Positions 38,140 through 47,907 of a stretch of DNA of 64,000 nucleotides are shown piece after piece. Under the pieces are notes generated by a model. That model was given only the letters and a program-made list of their open reading frames with translations, made no database searches and was not told the DNA's origin. Position numbers and translations under genes: made by a program. The stretch comes from a virus. The first letter of the stretch is position 1; every line of letters begins with the position of its first letter. The stretch lies in IMG/VR virus record IMGVR_UViG_3300023179_000033, positions 32,001 through 96,000 of that record. One strand, written 5' to 3'.

Positions 38140-41100
38140 TTAACCTTGGGTTGGTGGTCCTTTTAATTTAGCTATAATTCCCGGAGCTAATTGTTCTACT
38201 GCGTCTGTAATTGCTTTCATTAATTTTTCACTTAATTCATTATTTTGTGATTCTACTGCTCCTTTTACATCAACAGATATTGGCGTAAATGTTACGGTTA
38301 ATTCATTTTTAGATTCTTTTTGAGCTGTAGCTGCCATTTCCATCTTTTGCGCGAGTTTTTCTGTTGCATCAGCTAATCTTTCTGTTTTTTGTCCTTGACT
38401 AGTTTTAGGTGTTTCTCCAGAAGGTTGGCCTTTTGATCTTTCTTCTGCCGCTTTGACTGGATTTTCTTGTTCTAAAATTCCTTTTGGAGGTTGAGGTTTT
38501 CTATCTAATAGAGATTGCACATTTTGGCTTAAAGCCGCTGCTGCTCTTCCTCTTGGAGATCCCATGCCTCCTCTAACAGATTCTGAGCCTAATAGGAATT
38601 TTTCATCTCCAGCATTTACTCCAAGTTTAGACGGAGTTTTGTTTACTAAAACTCCGTTTCTGCGAACAGATTCAGCTCCTAATAAAAATTTTTCATCTCC
38701 TGCATTTACACCTTTTCCACCCGGTGTACCTCCTAAATCAATTTTTGAATTCCATTCTTCTGTGCGTCTTTGTTCTTCAGCTTTCCAGTCGGCGGATGTC
38801 CATTGTTCTTTTGGTTTATTTAAATGAGGGTATGCTGCATCTCCCATAGCTTGTGTTTTTGGTTGTCCTGCGGTAGGAGCCTGTGCCGCTTGTGCAACGG
38901 CATTATTGATATTTGGATTTGCAGCAGGTGGCGCAACAACGGTTTGAGTAGTTTGAGTTGATGGTGAAGGTGTTGTAGCCGGAAGAGCATTTCCCGCAAG
39001 TTTTTCTTGTTGCGCTCGTTCAGATTCTCTTTTTATTGGATCATAACCATATGCTGTTGAAGCCATATATTTATTAAGATCTTCTTGTGTCTTAAAAAAT
39101 GTACCTTGATATTGGAAATCAGTTGCCTCACTAGAAACGCCTTGTATTTTTCCTATGGCTTCCTGATCTATATTTCTTCCTAAAACTATGCTAGGCGTTT
39201 TTGTTTGAGTTGTTACAGCAGTTGCTGCTTGTGTTTTTGGTTGTCCTGCGGTAGGAGCCTGTGCCGCTTGTGCAACGGCATTATTGATATTTGGATTTGC
39301 AGCAGGTGGCGCAACAACGGTTTGAGTAGTTTGAGTTTTAACTGGTAGTGATTGTAATAATTTTTCTTTATCTTTTTTCTTTTGCTCTTCTTCTTTTTTA
39401 ATTCTTTCTTCTTTTGCTTTTTTGAGATCTACTTCTGCTTCATTATAGTCAGATAGTCTTTTATCATAACGAGCAACGTCTTCTTGAGCTTTTTTATCTC
39501 CACCAGCTGCTGCAGTTCTTGCGCCTTCAAGTCCGCCGTAGGTTTTATCAAATGTTCCTTCCAGCTGTGCCATCTCTCTTGCATTCCATGATTTATGAAA
39601 CGCCAGTCCTAGTTCACCCTCCGTTTTTGCTTCAGCTTCATCTTTTCTAGACATAGTTACTCGAGATTCTTTTGCTTCAGCTTTTGTTTTTGTTTCTCTT
39701 ACTGTTTCTAAATTTTTTTCTTGTTTTTGCATTGCCTCTAATTCTTGTTTCTTTTCTTCGTATTTTTTTAATTCTTGTTTAGCAGAATCATCTCCACCTG
39801 CGGCTAAGGCTTGAGCTTTCTCTACGCTTCCGAATTGATTTTTTAAGCCTGTTTCTAAATCTGAAAGTTCTTTTTTTAATGTTAGTTGTTTTTGTGCATT
39901 CGCAGCAATGTCATTATTTATATTTAATAATTGACTAATTTTTTCAAATTGTGCGTTTAGATTTAAACCATCTAATGCCGCTTTAAATCCTTGAGTTAAT
40001 GGATCACTACTCAATTGACTTGTTAATGTTTCCATCATGGATCTCATTGCGTCTACATTGTCTGGTAATTTATTTTTCTTTAATGCATTATCATACTGAT
40101 CTTCTGCAATTTTCTCTGCTTCTGTTGCTCTTTGCTCGTAGACTTGAGCCATCGCTTCACCTTCTGGGGTGCCAGTAGCTCTTGCAGCAGAAGCAAGATC
40201 CAAAGCTTCTTGACGTATAGAGTCTACCATTTGTGGAAGCACAGTTCCTTTAAGTTTTTCATTTAGTTCTGCGGAACCTGTGCCACCGGTTAATTCTACT
40301 GTTGCCATCGCTGCTTGAAGTGTTCCTCTTGCGGCCATTTTTTCCATTCCAAATTCTTTACCAGTAGTCATTGCTTTAAGGCCAGCATAAAATTTATCTA
40401 ATACAGGTTTTTGACTTTCTGGATTTATAAATCCTTCAGTTCCACCAAAAGCTTTAAGATTTTGTTGAAGTTCAATTTGTCTGAGTGCGGCTTTGTACTG
40501 TGCTTTTTGAACTTCTGTTTGTTTTCGATTCTCTTCTATTAATTCTTCTTGTTTATTTTTTGAATCTTGTAGAGTTGTTTGAATTTGACTAGTTAAAGTA
40601 TTCTGTACGCTATCACCTAATTTAAGATTAGCAGCTATTTTTTGTAAATTAGCATTAACTTGATCAACGCTCTCATTTTGTCCTACAGCTCCGCTTAAAT
40701 TAACTGATTGTAATTCTTGTATTCTTGCTTGCTGATCAGGAGTAACGCCAGCATCGCCTGCGCTTTTTGTTATATTTTGTATCTCATTTTGGATTGCTTG
40801 TTGATATGCTTCAACAAGACCTGTTATTCCTTCTTGACCAGCACTAAACATTTGTCCTTGAAAAGCTTGTTCTGTTTGAGCGGTTTGAATTTGATAATTA
40901 TATCCTGCCATAGCTTTCTCTGTTAAAAGAGGTTGTTCTGCATTTAAATTTGCTTGAAATGCTTCAGTAGCAATCGCTGCATTATTTGCTTTTCTAGTAA
41001 ATGCCATTTTTCTTGCAGCTAAACTTGAACTAATCATTGCTTTTGACATATTTGCTAATTCTTGAGCAAGTCTTGCAGCTTCTTCTCTAGCTTTTCTTTC

Positions 41101-44100
41101 AATTTCTTCTAATCTTTTCTTTTCCTCCTGATCTTTTTTCATTTTTTCGCTAAGTTCTTTTACTTTCTTTTGAGTTGCATCTGCTTCAATTCCTAAAATT
41201 TTTGTTTGATCTATAAGTAGTTGAATGTTCTCTTTTCCTGCAGCTCCTTCATTAAATAATATATTTTTAAGTGCTTCAATTTGGCTCGGATCTGCTTTAT
41301 AATTCTGTAAAGCTTCGATAAATTTAAGTGGATCTGATGTATCTACTTTACCAGATTTTAAATCTTTAAGGAACCCTTCATCAAGGCCACCTAATAAATT
41401 CATTGCGTAACTTTTTGCTTCTTCTGCGGCTCTTCCTCCACCAGTTACATCATACTTAGTAAATACTCCTCTTTTTAATTGAGCTTCCTGTGATCGTCCT
41501 GTTCCAAGCGCGCTTTTAACAAAAGACATATTTTCTACAAAATCTGGCAAAACTTTTTCAGCTGCTCTACCTGCTTTATAAAATCCTTCTTGACCAAGAA
41601 CACCTTCTGCTAATGCTTTGGATAATTGACCCGGAATAGCGTTTATCGCAGTAATAATACCGGTCGGATCAAGGTTCATTGCATCTTGTATACCAACCTG
41701 AAATTGAGTTGCTGCTTCTTGAAAAAATCCACCTTGAGCTTTTTTAGCTGCTTCTGCAAATTTTGCGCCACTTTCTTTTCTTTTCGCTGCTTCTCCTTCT
41801 TCTTTTAAAATTTTTCCAGATATATCTTGTAATTCTTTTAAAGAAGCAGCAGAAGCAATCAAAGCTCTATATTTTGGAGGAACTCCCATTAATGAATCAC
41901 TTAATTCTTTTTGTACTTTGACTATATCTCCTGCTTTAGAAGGATCTCCTTCTTCATACAATTGAGATAATTTTTCAAAAGTTGTAGCATATTTTTGCAT
42001 TGCATCATTTAGTCTAGCAAAACTTTCTGAACTACGTTTACTTTCTTCGATAATTTTATTTAATGGCGCATCTTTTAACCCTTTTGTTACACCTTCTATT
42101 GCTTGAACTGTGCCAACTACTGCGCCAACTATTAATCCTATTTGTCCCGGTATTATGCTAGAAATTGTAGAAAATGTTGAAGCTCCTTTTAATGCTTCTG
42201 AAGCTACCATTCCGAATGCACTTTGACCATCTTTATTAAATTCGTCTACTACACCAGATAGTGTTGACAATCCAAAAGAAGCAGCTAAACCATTATCTTT
42301 TACACCTTTTAATACAGGACCTATATCTTCTAATTCATCACTAAAAAGTCTTTTAACATCTGGCATTCCTTTTTTAACAAAACTTTTAGCACCTCCAATT
42401 GCACCTCTTAATCCTTTAAAATTTGGTATAAATCCACGAGCAAGTGCTTCTTGCGCTTTTTGCGAATTTTTAATTGCTTGACCCATACCTTCTGGATGAT
42501 CTCTTTTAACTGCTGCAAAATTTGGTTGAGTATCTTTGTCTCTTACATATAAACCAATACCTTCTTGAAAATCAAGAGCAGGATTTCCGCCCATTCTTTT
42601 TTCTGTTTCCATTGCATCTTTAATACCTGCAAAATTTGGTATAAAGCCGCGAGCCATTTTTTTTGCTTTTTGCTTTTGTTTTTCTATTTGACTAACAAAA
42701 TAACCTGTATTAAAAAATTTACGTTTTAATGAAGCATTTGTACTTCCTGCGCCAACTGGACTTAATTTTGAATCTATAAATGTTCTAGAAGATAATGCTG
42801 CGGCAGCAGAATCTCCAAATATTGCTTTTGTTATTTTTGTATTCTCGGGTGTTCCAAAAAAATCACTTGGTTGATAATCCCAAGTTCTATTTCCTGACAC
42901 ATCTCCATCTGACTTCTTCTGATCAGCTAATAAAACTTTATTAATAGCAGTTGAAATAACTGTTTCAAAAATACGTCCAGCAATTTGTGGATAAGCAGAA
43001 GTATCTGACTTCATCATATTCATGATATCGGTATCTTTAGGAAAAGTTTTTTCTGCTGCTGGACCTATAATTGAATCGGCTATATTTTTAATTGCAGGAG
43101 CAAGATTCTTTTCTATTTGTTCATCAAATTTTTTAAAATCTTTACCAGATAAAGCATGTGGAACAAAGTTTTGAATTCCATAAAATTTTGTTTTTAATGG
43201 GTTTCCTTGTAAATCATTTGGATATTCTATTGTACTTCCACCTTGTTTTCCTGCAGCGATAATTCCTACTCTTGAAGCATTAATTGCTATAGGTTTTTGC
43301 TCTGATAAAGTCTTAGTTTTTTGATATTGTTGCTTCGCAGCTGCAATATCTTCTTTTGACATATTTGGATATCTTTGATTTAAGAAATCATCAATATCTC
43401 TATATTGTCCTTTTTTTACGGCTTTAAAACCTTCGCTCCCTTTACTCTTTGGTCCAGCAAAATTTGGTACAAATCCTAAAAATTGCATTTTTTCAAAAAG
43501 TTCTTTTTGTCTTTTGTCTCCTATAGAACCATAAGTTGGGATAACCGCAGAATCTCCATTTCTTCCCATTCCAACAATTTCTACTTCTTTATTATTTTTA
43601 ATAAATTTTTGTCCACCGATTGTTCCCGCTGACATTTGAGCTTTTGGATTTACTGCGCCCATTCTACGAGCACTAGCCTCCTCTTGATCAAATAGATTTG
43701 GAATAAATCCATCAGCCTTACCTTTAGTTTGTAAACGTCCAGATGTTAATCCAGTTTTTGATATTGAAACTCCAGCAGAAGCAAGTGAAGCTGCAAGACT
43801 TTTGGATAGTGTCACTTGCTGTTGCATAGCAAGAGTTTGAGCTTTGATTGTATTTAAAATTGATTCTTGTAATCCTTTTAATGTGGTTTGTCCACTATTA
43901 ATTTGAGAAATAATTTCTGGATTTTTTTGTAATATACTAAATATTTGTTGTTGGATTTGCGCTTGCTCTGCACCTTTTGCATTTAAACCAGTTAAACTTT
44001 TTAACGCATCAGCTGTATATACAGTTAGTCTTTGGAAAACACCAAATAATAATTTAGCGCCAAGAAGTAATCCCGGCCCAGATAAAAAGTTACCAATACC

Positions 44101-45354
44101 TTTTAACAAACCTGCTCCTATTTTTCCTCCAATTCCTTCGCTTTCATCTCCTGTAAAATTTTCTAGAATTGAATTTACACCACCTAAAACTTTTTTGATT
44201 GCTGGAGCAAGTGTTAGTTCTCCAATTTTTGCACCAGCAGCAGTTAAATTTGCAATTGTTTCATTCAATAAAGCTGAAAGGGTTGTATTTAATTCTTCAT
44301 TTCTTCTTACTGCTTCATCTGTTGCACCCGTAGAAATTTTTAAAGCATTAGAAAAGATAGAATATTCTTTATTTAAATCTCCTAAAGCAGCCTTTAAAAT
44401 ATTGATTTGGAAAACTCCACCGACTTGCTCTGCAATTGCTGCTTTTTGTACGCCATTTAATGTATCATATTTTTGAGATAAATCACTTAATATTTGAATT
44501 AATGGTCGTATATTACCTTCTGTAGTTCTTGTTTGTACTCCTAATTGTTCTAGTGCATCTAATGTATCTGTTCTTTGTAATCTTGTAAAAATTGTCTTAA
44601 AAGAATTTCCAATAACTGCGCCACCTCTAGCAGTAATTTGTTGAGCAGATGTTACAATTGCTATAAGCTCATCAAAACTTACACCTGCATCTTCAGCAGA
44701 ACTTCCTACTCGCTTAACTGCTTCCGCAAGATCTGCTGAACTAACAGCAAAACTAGCATCAACTGCAGCTAATTTATTAATAATATCAGTAGAAGTTAAA
44801 GCTGCCCTTTGGAAACCATTAAGTGAAGCTGTAATTGCTTCGACTGAACTAGCGGCATCTAATCCAGAAAGACGAGTTAAAATAAGTGCGTCTTGAGTTC
44901 TTTTTAAGGTATCCGCTACACCTAAACCTTGACGCGAAAGTTCTGTTGCAGCTGTTGCTACTGTAGCAAATGAATTTCCTGTACTCTTTGCAATATCAAA
45001 TAAACTTTTCCCAAATTGACCAAGGCTTTTATCACCAAGATTTAGTATAACATTAATATCTTTAAGTGCTTTCTCTACTTCAATCGTAGCTTTAACTGTT
45101 TCTCTAAAAGCAGTATTTATTGCATAAATTGCGCCTGCAGATGCTCCGAATGCCAAAACGCGAGCATTAGATGCTTCTAATGATTTTTCAAATTCACCTA
45201 ACTGGCCTTTAATTTTACCTAAAGGGGCATCAAATCCTCTGCCTTTGGTATTTAAATTTAGAGTATATGGCCTTGAGGTTAGGGCTTCAATTTGTTTTTG
45301 AGCCTGCCTAATATTCGCTACTACATCTACTTCTAACCTATTACCTTGTGCCAT
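38140..45354 (-). CDS. tail tape measure protein (TP901-type core, 2,404 aa)
   Basis: Ala/Gly-rich helical core (ELSRQG, AVSSADLA, TARGGAVIGNSFKTIFTR), hydrophobic segments, coiled coils; follows the chaperone genes. Confidence 0.92.
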   Translation of the reverse strand: MAQGNRLEVDVVANIRQAQKQIEALTSRPYTLNLNTKGRGFDAPLGKIKGQLGEFEKSLEASNARVLAFGASAGAIYAINTAFRETVKATIEVEKALKDINVILNLGDKSLGQFGKSLFDIAKSTGNSFATVATAATELSRQGLGVADTLKRTQDALILTRLSGLDAASSVEAITASLNGFQRAALTSTDIINKLAAVDASFAVSSADLAEAVKRVGSSAEDAGVSFDELIAIVTSAQQITARGGAVIGNSFKTIFTRLQRTDTLDALEQLGVQTRTTEGNIRPLIQILSDLSQKYDTLNGVQKAAIAEQVGGVFQINILKAALGDLNKEYSIFSNALKISTGATDEAVRRNEELNTTLSALLNETIANLTAAGAKIGELTLAPAIKKVLGGVNSILENFTGDESEGIGGKIGAGLLKGIGNFLSGPGLLLGAKLLFGVFQRLTVYTADALKSLTGLNAKGAEQAQIQQQIFSILQKNPEIISQINSGQTTLKGLQESILNTIKAQTLAMQQQVTLSKSLAASLASAGVSISKTGLTSGRLQTKGKADGFIPNLFDQEEASARRMGAVNPKAQMSAGTIGGQKFIKNNKEVEIVGMGRNGDSAVIPTYGSIGDKRQKELFEKMQFLGFVPNFAGPKSKGSEGFKAVKKGQYRDIDDFLNQRYPNMSKEDIAAAKQQYQKTKTLSEQKPIAINASRVGIIAAGKQGGSTIEYPNDLQGNPLKTKFYGIQNFVPHALSGKDFKKFDEQIEKNLAPAIKNIADSIIGPAAEKTFPKDTDIMNMMKSDTSAYPQIAGRIFETVISTAINKVLLADQKKSDGDVSGNRTWDYQPSDFFGTPENTKITKAIFGDSAAAALSSRTFIDSKLSPVGAGSTNASLKRKFFNTGYFVSQIEKQKQKAKKMARGFIPNFAGIKDAMETEKRMGGNPALDFQEGIGLYVRDKDTQPNFAAVKRDHPEGMGQAIKNSQKAQEALARGFIPNFKGLRGAIGGAKSFVKKGMPDVKRLFSDELEDIGPVLKGVKDNGLAASFGLSTLSGVVDEFNKDGQSAFGMVASEALKGASTFSTISSIIPGQIGLIVGAVVGTVQAIEGVTKGLKDAPLNKIIEESKRSSESFARLNDAMQKYATTFEKLSQLYEEGDPSKAGDIVKVQKELSDSLMGVPPKYRALIASAASLKELQDISGKILKEEGEAAKRKESGAKFAEAAKKAQGGFFQEAATQFQVGIQDAMNLDPTGIITAINAIPGQLSKALAEGVLGQEGFYKAGRAAEKVLPDFVENMSFVKSALGTGRSQEAQLKRGVFTKYDVTGGGRAAEEAKSYAMNLLGGLDEGFLKDLKSGKVDTSDPLKFIEALQNYKADPSQIEALKNILFNEGAAGKENIQLLIDQTKILGIEADATQKKVKELSEKMKKDQEEKKRLEEIERKAREEAARLAQELANMSKAMISSSLAARKMAFTRKANNAAIATEAFQANLNAEQPLLTEKAMAGYNYQIQTAQTEQAFQGQMFSAGQEGITGLVEAYQQAIQNEIQNITKSAGDAGVTPDQQARIQELQSVNLSGAVGQNESVDQVNANLQKIAANLKLGDSVQNTLTSQIQTTLQDSKNKQEELIEENRKQTEVQKAQYKAALRQIELQQNLKAFGGTEGFINPESQKPVLDKFYAGLKAMTTGKEFGMEKMAARGTLQAAMATVELTGGTGSAELNEKLKGTVLPQMVDSIRQEALDLASAARATGTPEGEAMAQVYEQRATEAEKIAEDQYDNALKKNKLPDNVDAMRSMMETLTSQLSSDPLTQGFKAALDGLNLNAQFEKISQLLNINNDIAANAQKQLTLKKELSDLETGLKNQFGSVEKAQALAAGGDDSAKQELKKYEEKKQELEAMQKQEKNLETVRETKTKAEAKESRVTMSRKDEAEAKTEGELGLAFHKSWNAREMAQLEGTFDKTYGGLEGARTAAAGGDKKAQEDVARYDKRLSDYNEAEVDLKKAKEERIKKEEEQKKKDKEKLLQSLPVKTQTTQTVVAPPAANPNINNAVAQAAQAPTAGQPKTQAATAVTTQTKTPSIVLGRNIDQEAIGKIQGVSSEATDFQYQGTFFKTQEDLNKYMASTAYGYDPIKRESERAQQEKLAGNALPATTPSPSTQTTQTVVAPPAANPNINNAVAQAAQAPTAGQPKTQAMGDAAYPHLNKPKEQWTSADWKAEEQRRTEEWNSKIDLGGTPGGKGVNAGDEKFLLGAESVRRNGVLVNKTPSKLGVNAGDEKFLLGSESVRGGMGSPRGRAAAALSQNVQSLLDRKPQPPKGILEQENPVKAAEERSKGQPSGETPKTSQGQKTERLADATEKLAQKMEMAATAQKESKNELTVTFTPISVDVKGAVESQNNELSEKLMKAITDAVEQLAPGIIAKLKGPPTQG
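38849..39337. repeat. exact 111-bp direct repeat within the tape measure gene (38849-38959 and 39227-39337)
   Basis: Both copies encode TQTTQTVVAPPAANPNINNAVAQAAQAPTAGQPKTQA with identical DNA. Confidence 0.9.
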
Positions 45355-45365
45355 ACTAATAAATA

Positions 45366-45371
45366 TTACAC
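45366..45371 (-). promoter_or_regulatory. GTGTAA putative late-promoter motif
   Basis: GTGTAATATTTATTAGT-ATG (11-nt gap, no SD). Confidence 0.65.
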
Positions 45372-45390
45372 GATATTTATGATATTTTTA

Positions 45391-46392
45391 TCATAATCCA
45401 TGTAATTTTATTATATCTTGCATGCTTAATTCTCCACCCTTCTTATCAGCTTCTTTAGATATATCAATAATCTCGTCTTTTTCATCAAATCTATTAATAA
45501 GCTTAATTTCATCTTTAGATGCTCCAACATATGTAGCTCCGTCCACATTTTTACTTCTATATTTAACATCTGATGCACTACCAATATTTCTGTTTAAATC
45601 ATACCAAGCCACAAGATCATCAAGATTTTCATAATACTCTTCTCTTGGAGAAACGCCTTTTGTTAGTACATTTTTACATGCTATTCCACACGACATTAAT
45701 TCTTGTTGATAAGTAGATAATTTTACAATAGGTTTACCATAAAATTCATAAACATTATTTTCTGTTAAGAAAAATGAATTTAAAAAAAATGGTAACGCAG
45801 CAATTTTTTTAATATATTTAACATGAAAGTTATTTGTGATAGCATTATATATTAATATATATTTTCCTAGTTCTCTTGCGTCTATTTCCTCAAAAGATTC
45901 TTCAGAAAAGAAAGATTCTTCTAAATCTTTATCTTTAAATATAGATTTATAAATAATCATTTCATTTGATCTTTTTGAGGCGTATTTTTCTGCTGTTATT
46001 CCCAATAATTCATCTTTTTCTATTAATATTGCATCTAATTCTTTTTCAATGTTTGATATTTGATTTTTAATACTTTTAACTTGGCTAGATATAAAAATCT
46101 TTTTTAGTGTTTCGTTTAAATTTGATATTTGTTTTTTATTGAAGGATATAGCTTTTTCTTTTTCATAAGACCACATTTCGGCTTCACAAAGCTCTTTTAT
46201 CTTATCGCTTTCATCAGGCAAACCATTTATCTTTGCCTCGTTAAAATACTGGATATATAAATCTTCTATTGAACCTAATTCTAATTCTGTCGGATGTTTG
46301 ATGTATATTTTTTCTGAAGCTACATAAGAATATCCTAATATAATATCTTTATATAGTTTTCTTAAAAATCTATACTCATTATTTGCTGTCAC
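45391..46392 (-). CDS. putative tail assembly chaperone (T-like)
   Basis: Directly upstream of the tape measure; helical; FYGKPIVKLS.YQ. Confidence 0.55.
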   Translation of the reverse strand: MTANNEYRFLRKLYKDIILGYSYVASEKIYIKHPTELELGSIEDLYIQYFNEAKINGLPDESDKIKELCEAEMWSYEKEKAISFNKKQISNLNETLKKIFISSQVKSIKNQISNIEKELDAILIEKDELLGITAEKYASKRSNEMIIYKSIFKDKDLEESFFSEESFEEIDARELGKYILIYNAITNNFHVKYIKKIAALPFFLNSFFLTENNVYEFYGKPIVKLSTYQQELMSCGIACKNVLTKGVSPREEYYENLDDLVAWYDLNRNIGSASDVKYRSKNVDGATYVGASKDEIKLINRFDEKDEIIDISKEADKKGGELSMQDIIKLHGL

Positions 46393-47260
46393 TTACTTCT
46401 TCTGTTTTTGCTTCTTCTGCTTTTGGTTCTTCTGTTTTTACTTCTTGATTTTGTTTATTTTCAGAAGTATTTGGAGTGCTTTCTTTTTTATCATTTTCAG
46501 ATTTATCTATATTTTCTTGTACAGGAATATAGAACTTTTCGGCTCTCTCAAAATCTTCTTGACTTGCAATCTTGCCCATGTACCAAAAACTTACAAAATA
46601 AGCAAATTTCTTTAATACTTCACTCCAAAATAAAGACTCTTGTTCTTCTAAAGAGTCATACTCGCTTATTCTCTCTTCATATGTCTTACCGGGAAATAAA
46701 GGAGAAGGTTCGTCTTTTCCGTCTAATGTATAAGCTAAATTTAAAACCCACCACATGATACATTGATTTCTTGCTCTATTTTCAGCAGTTTGATCAAATA
46801 GTGCTATTTGTGAAAACTCTAGGTTTTGTAGTTCTTGTCTTATATCCGTTAATTCAACCATTAATTGTGCAATTCTAGAAGTTTTGGCCTCTGGAGAAAC
46901 GCCCTCTAGATTAAGAGAAACCTTTTGAAATTCGGTTTCTTTAGTATAAAGTTCAATATAAAGTTTTGTGTATTTTTCTTTTTCTGGGTCACTCATAGAA
47001 CCGCCATCATTTTGATATCTTTTTGCAAGAAGCGCTCTAGTTAAAAGACCAGCTTTAATGCCTTCTGAAAGTTTAACGCCATAAAATAATTCAGCATCAT
47101 CAAACATTCTTCTTGTTGGTTTTAAAATCTTAAATTTTACAGGTACAACTTTTTTTACTTTTTTAGTTGTTTTAACTTCATTACCTTGTTCGTCTTTGGA
47201 AGTTTCGACTTGTTCCATTTCTTTTTCATTATTTACTGCAAATTCATATAGCCATTTCAT
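46379..47260 (-). CDS. putative tail assembly chaperone (G-like)
   Basis: KILKPTRR, coiled coil, QTAE.RA; SD AAGGAG; lies between tube and tape measure. Confidence 0.55.
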   Translation of the reverse strand: MKWLYEFAVNNEKEMEQVETSKDEQGNEVKTTKKVKKVVPVKFKILKPTRRMFDDAELFYGVKLSEGIKAGLLTRALLAKRYQNDGGSMSDPEKEKYTKLYIELYTKETEFQKVSLNLEGVSPEAKTSRIAQLMVELTDIRQELQNLEFSQIALFDQTAENRARNQCIMWWVLNLAYTLDGKDEPSPLFPGKTYEERISEYDSLEEQESLFWSEVLKKFAYFVSFWYMGKIASQEDFERAEKFYIPVQENIDKSENDKKESTPNTSENKQNQEVKTEEPKAEEAKTEEVSDSK

Positions 47261-47271
47261 ATTTTTACTCC

Positions 47272-47529
47272 TTATAGTAAGTTTTTAGATTTTAGAAAAT
47301 CTTTGGTTTTGTTAAAATTTTTAACGCCACCAATAGTTTTAATAAATTTATTTTGTTTTTCTTTATCCCAACTTTTAATATTTTGTAGGGATTTATTTTC
47401 AATAAAAGAGTTAAAATCAAAGTATCTAATCTTAAATTCTTTTTCTAAAGTTCTTTGTATAGTCTGAAGAGATAATGTGGTTGATAAAACTTCTTCTATA
47501 GGATAATTAAATAATACTTTGTTTTTCAT
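47272..47529 (-). CDS. hypothetical protein
   Basis: 85-aa ORF with a 4-nt overlap with the upstream gene. Confidence 0.55.
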   Translation of the reverse strand: MKNKVLFNYPIEEVLSTTLSLQTIQRTLEKEFKIRYFDFNSFIENKSLQNIKSWDKEKQNKFIKTIGGVKNFNKTKDFLKSKNLL

Positions 47530-47813
47530 TTTTTTATTTCCATATTTAAAAGATCTAGATTTTTGGTTATTTCTCTAACCGTTTCATTACCAAGATCTAA
47601 TACCTTTTTCCTTAAGTAATTATATTTATTATCATCAAAATAATCAACATTTTTTAATGTTTCTTGATCTACTTTAGAATTAAGTTTATTGAGCATATTA
47701 ATGTGCTCTTCTTGAATATCTTCGATTAAATTAAGATATCGTTTATACAAAGATGTAATATTTCTATGTATTTGGAATACTAGAAATTCCTTTAATTTAG
47801 GATCTGTTTCCAT
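47526..47813 (-). CDS. hypothetical protein
   Basis: 95-aa helical ORF preceded by the GTGTAA motif. Confidence 0.6.
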   Translation of the reverse strand: METDPKLKEFLVFQIHRNITSLYKRYLNLIEDIQEEHINMLNKLNSKVDQETLKNVDYFDDNKYNYLRKKVLDLGNETVREITKNLDLLNMEIKK

Positions 47814-47847
47814 ACGCCTAATAATCCACCTTTTTCCTTAAGTATCT

Positions 47848-47853
47848 TTACAC
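47848..47853 (-). promoter_or_regulatory. GTGTAA putative late-promoter motif
   Basis: Immediately downstream of the tail-tube terminator, 34 nt before the ATG at 47813. Confidence 0.55.
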
Positions 47854-47854
47854 T

Positions 47855-47880
47855 AAAAACCCCGCTTGAGGGCGGGGTTT
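47855..47880 (-). terminator. intrinsic terminator after the tail tube gene
   Basis: Minus strand reads AAACCCCGC-cctcaa-GCGGGGTTTTT. Confidence 0.85.
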
Positions 47881-47907
47881 CCAGTTAATATATTTTAAAT
47901 TTATATA

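Noticed and set aside
46379-46400. Programmed G/GT frameshift between the two tail chaperone genes
   Set aside because: The downstream frame has a TAA immediately before its GTG start, and there is no slippery heptamer in the 14-nt overlap.
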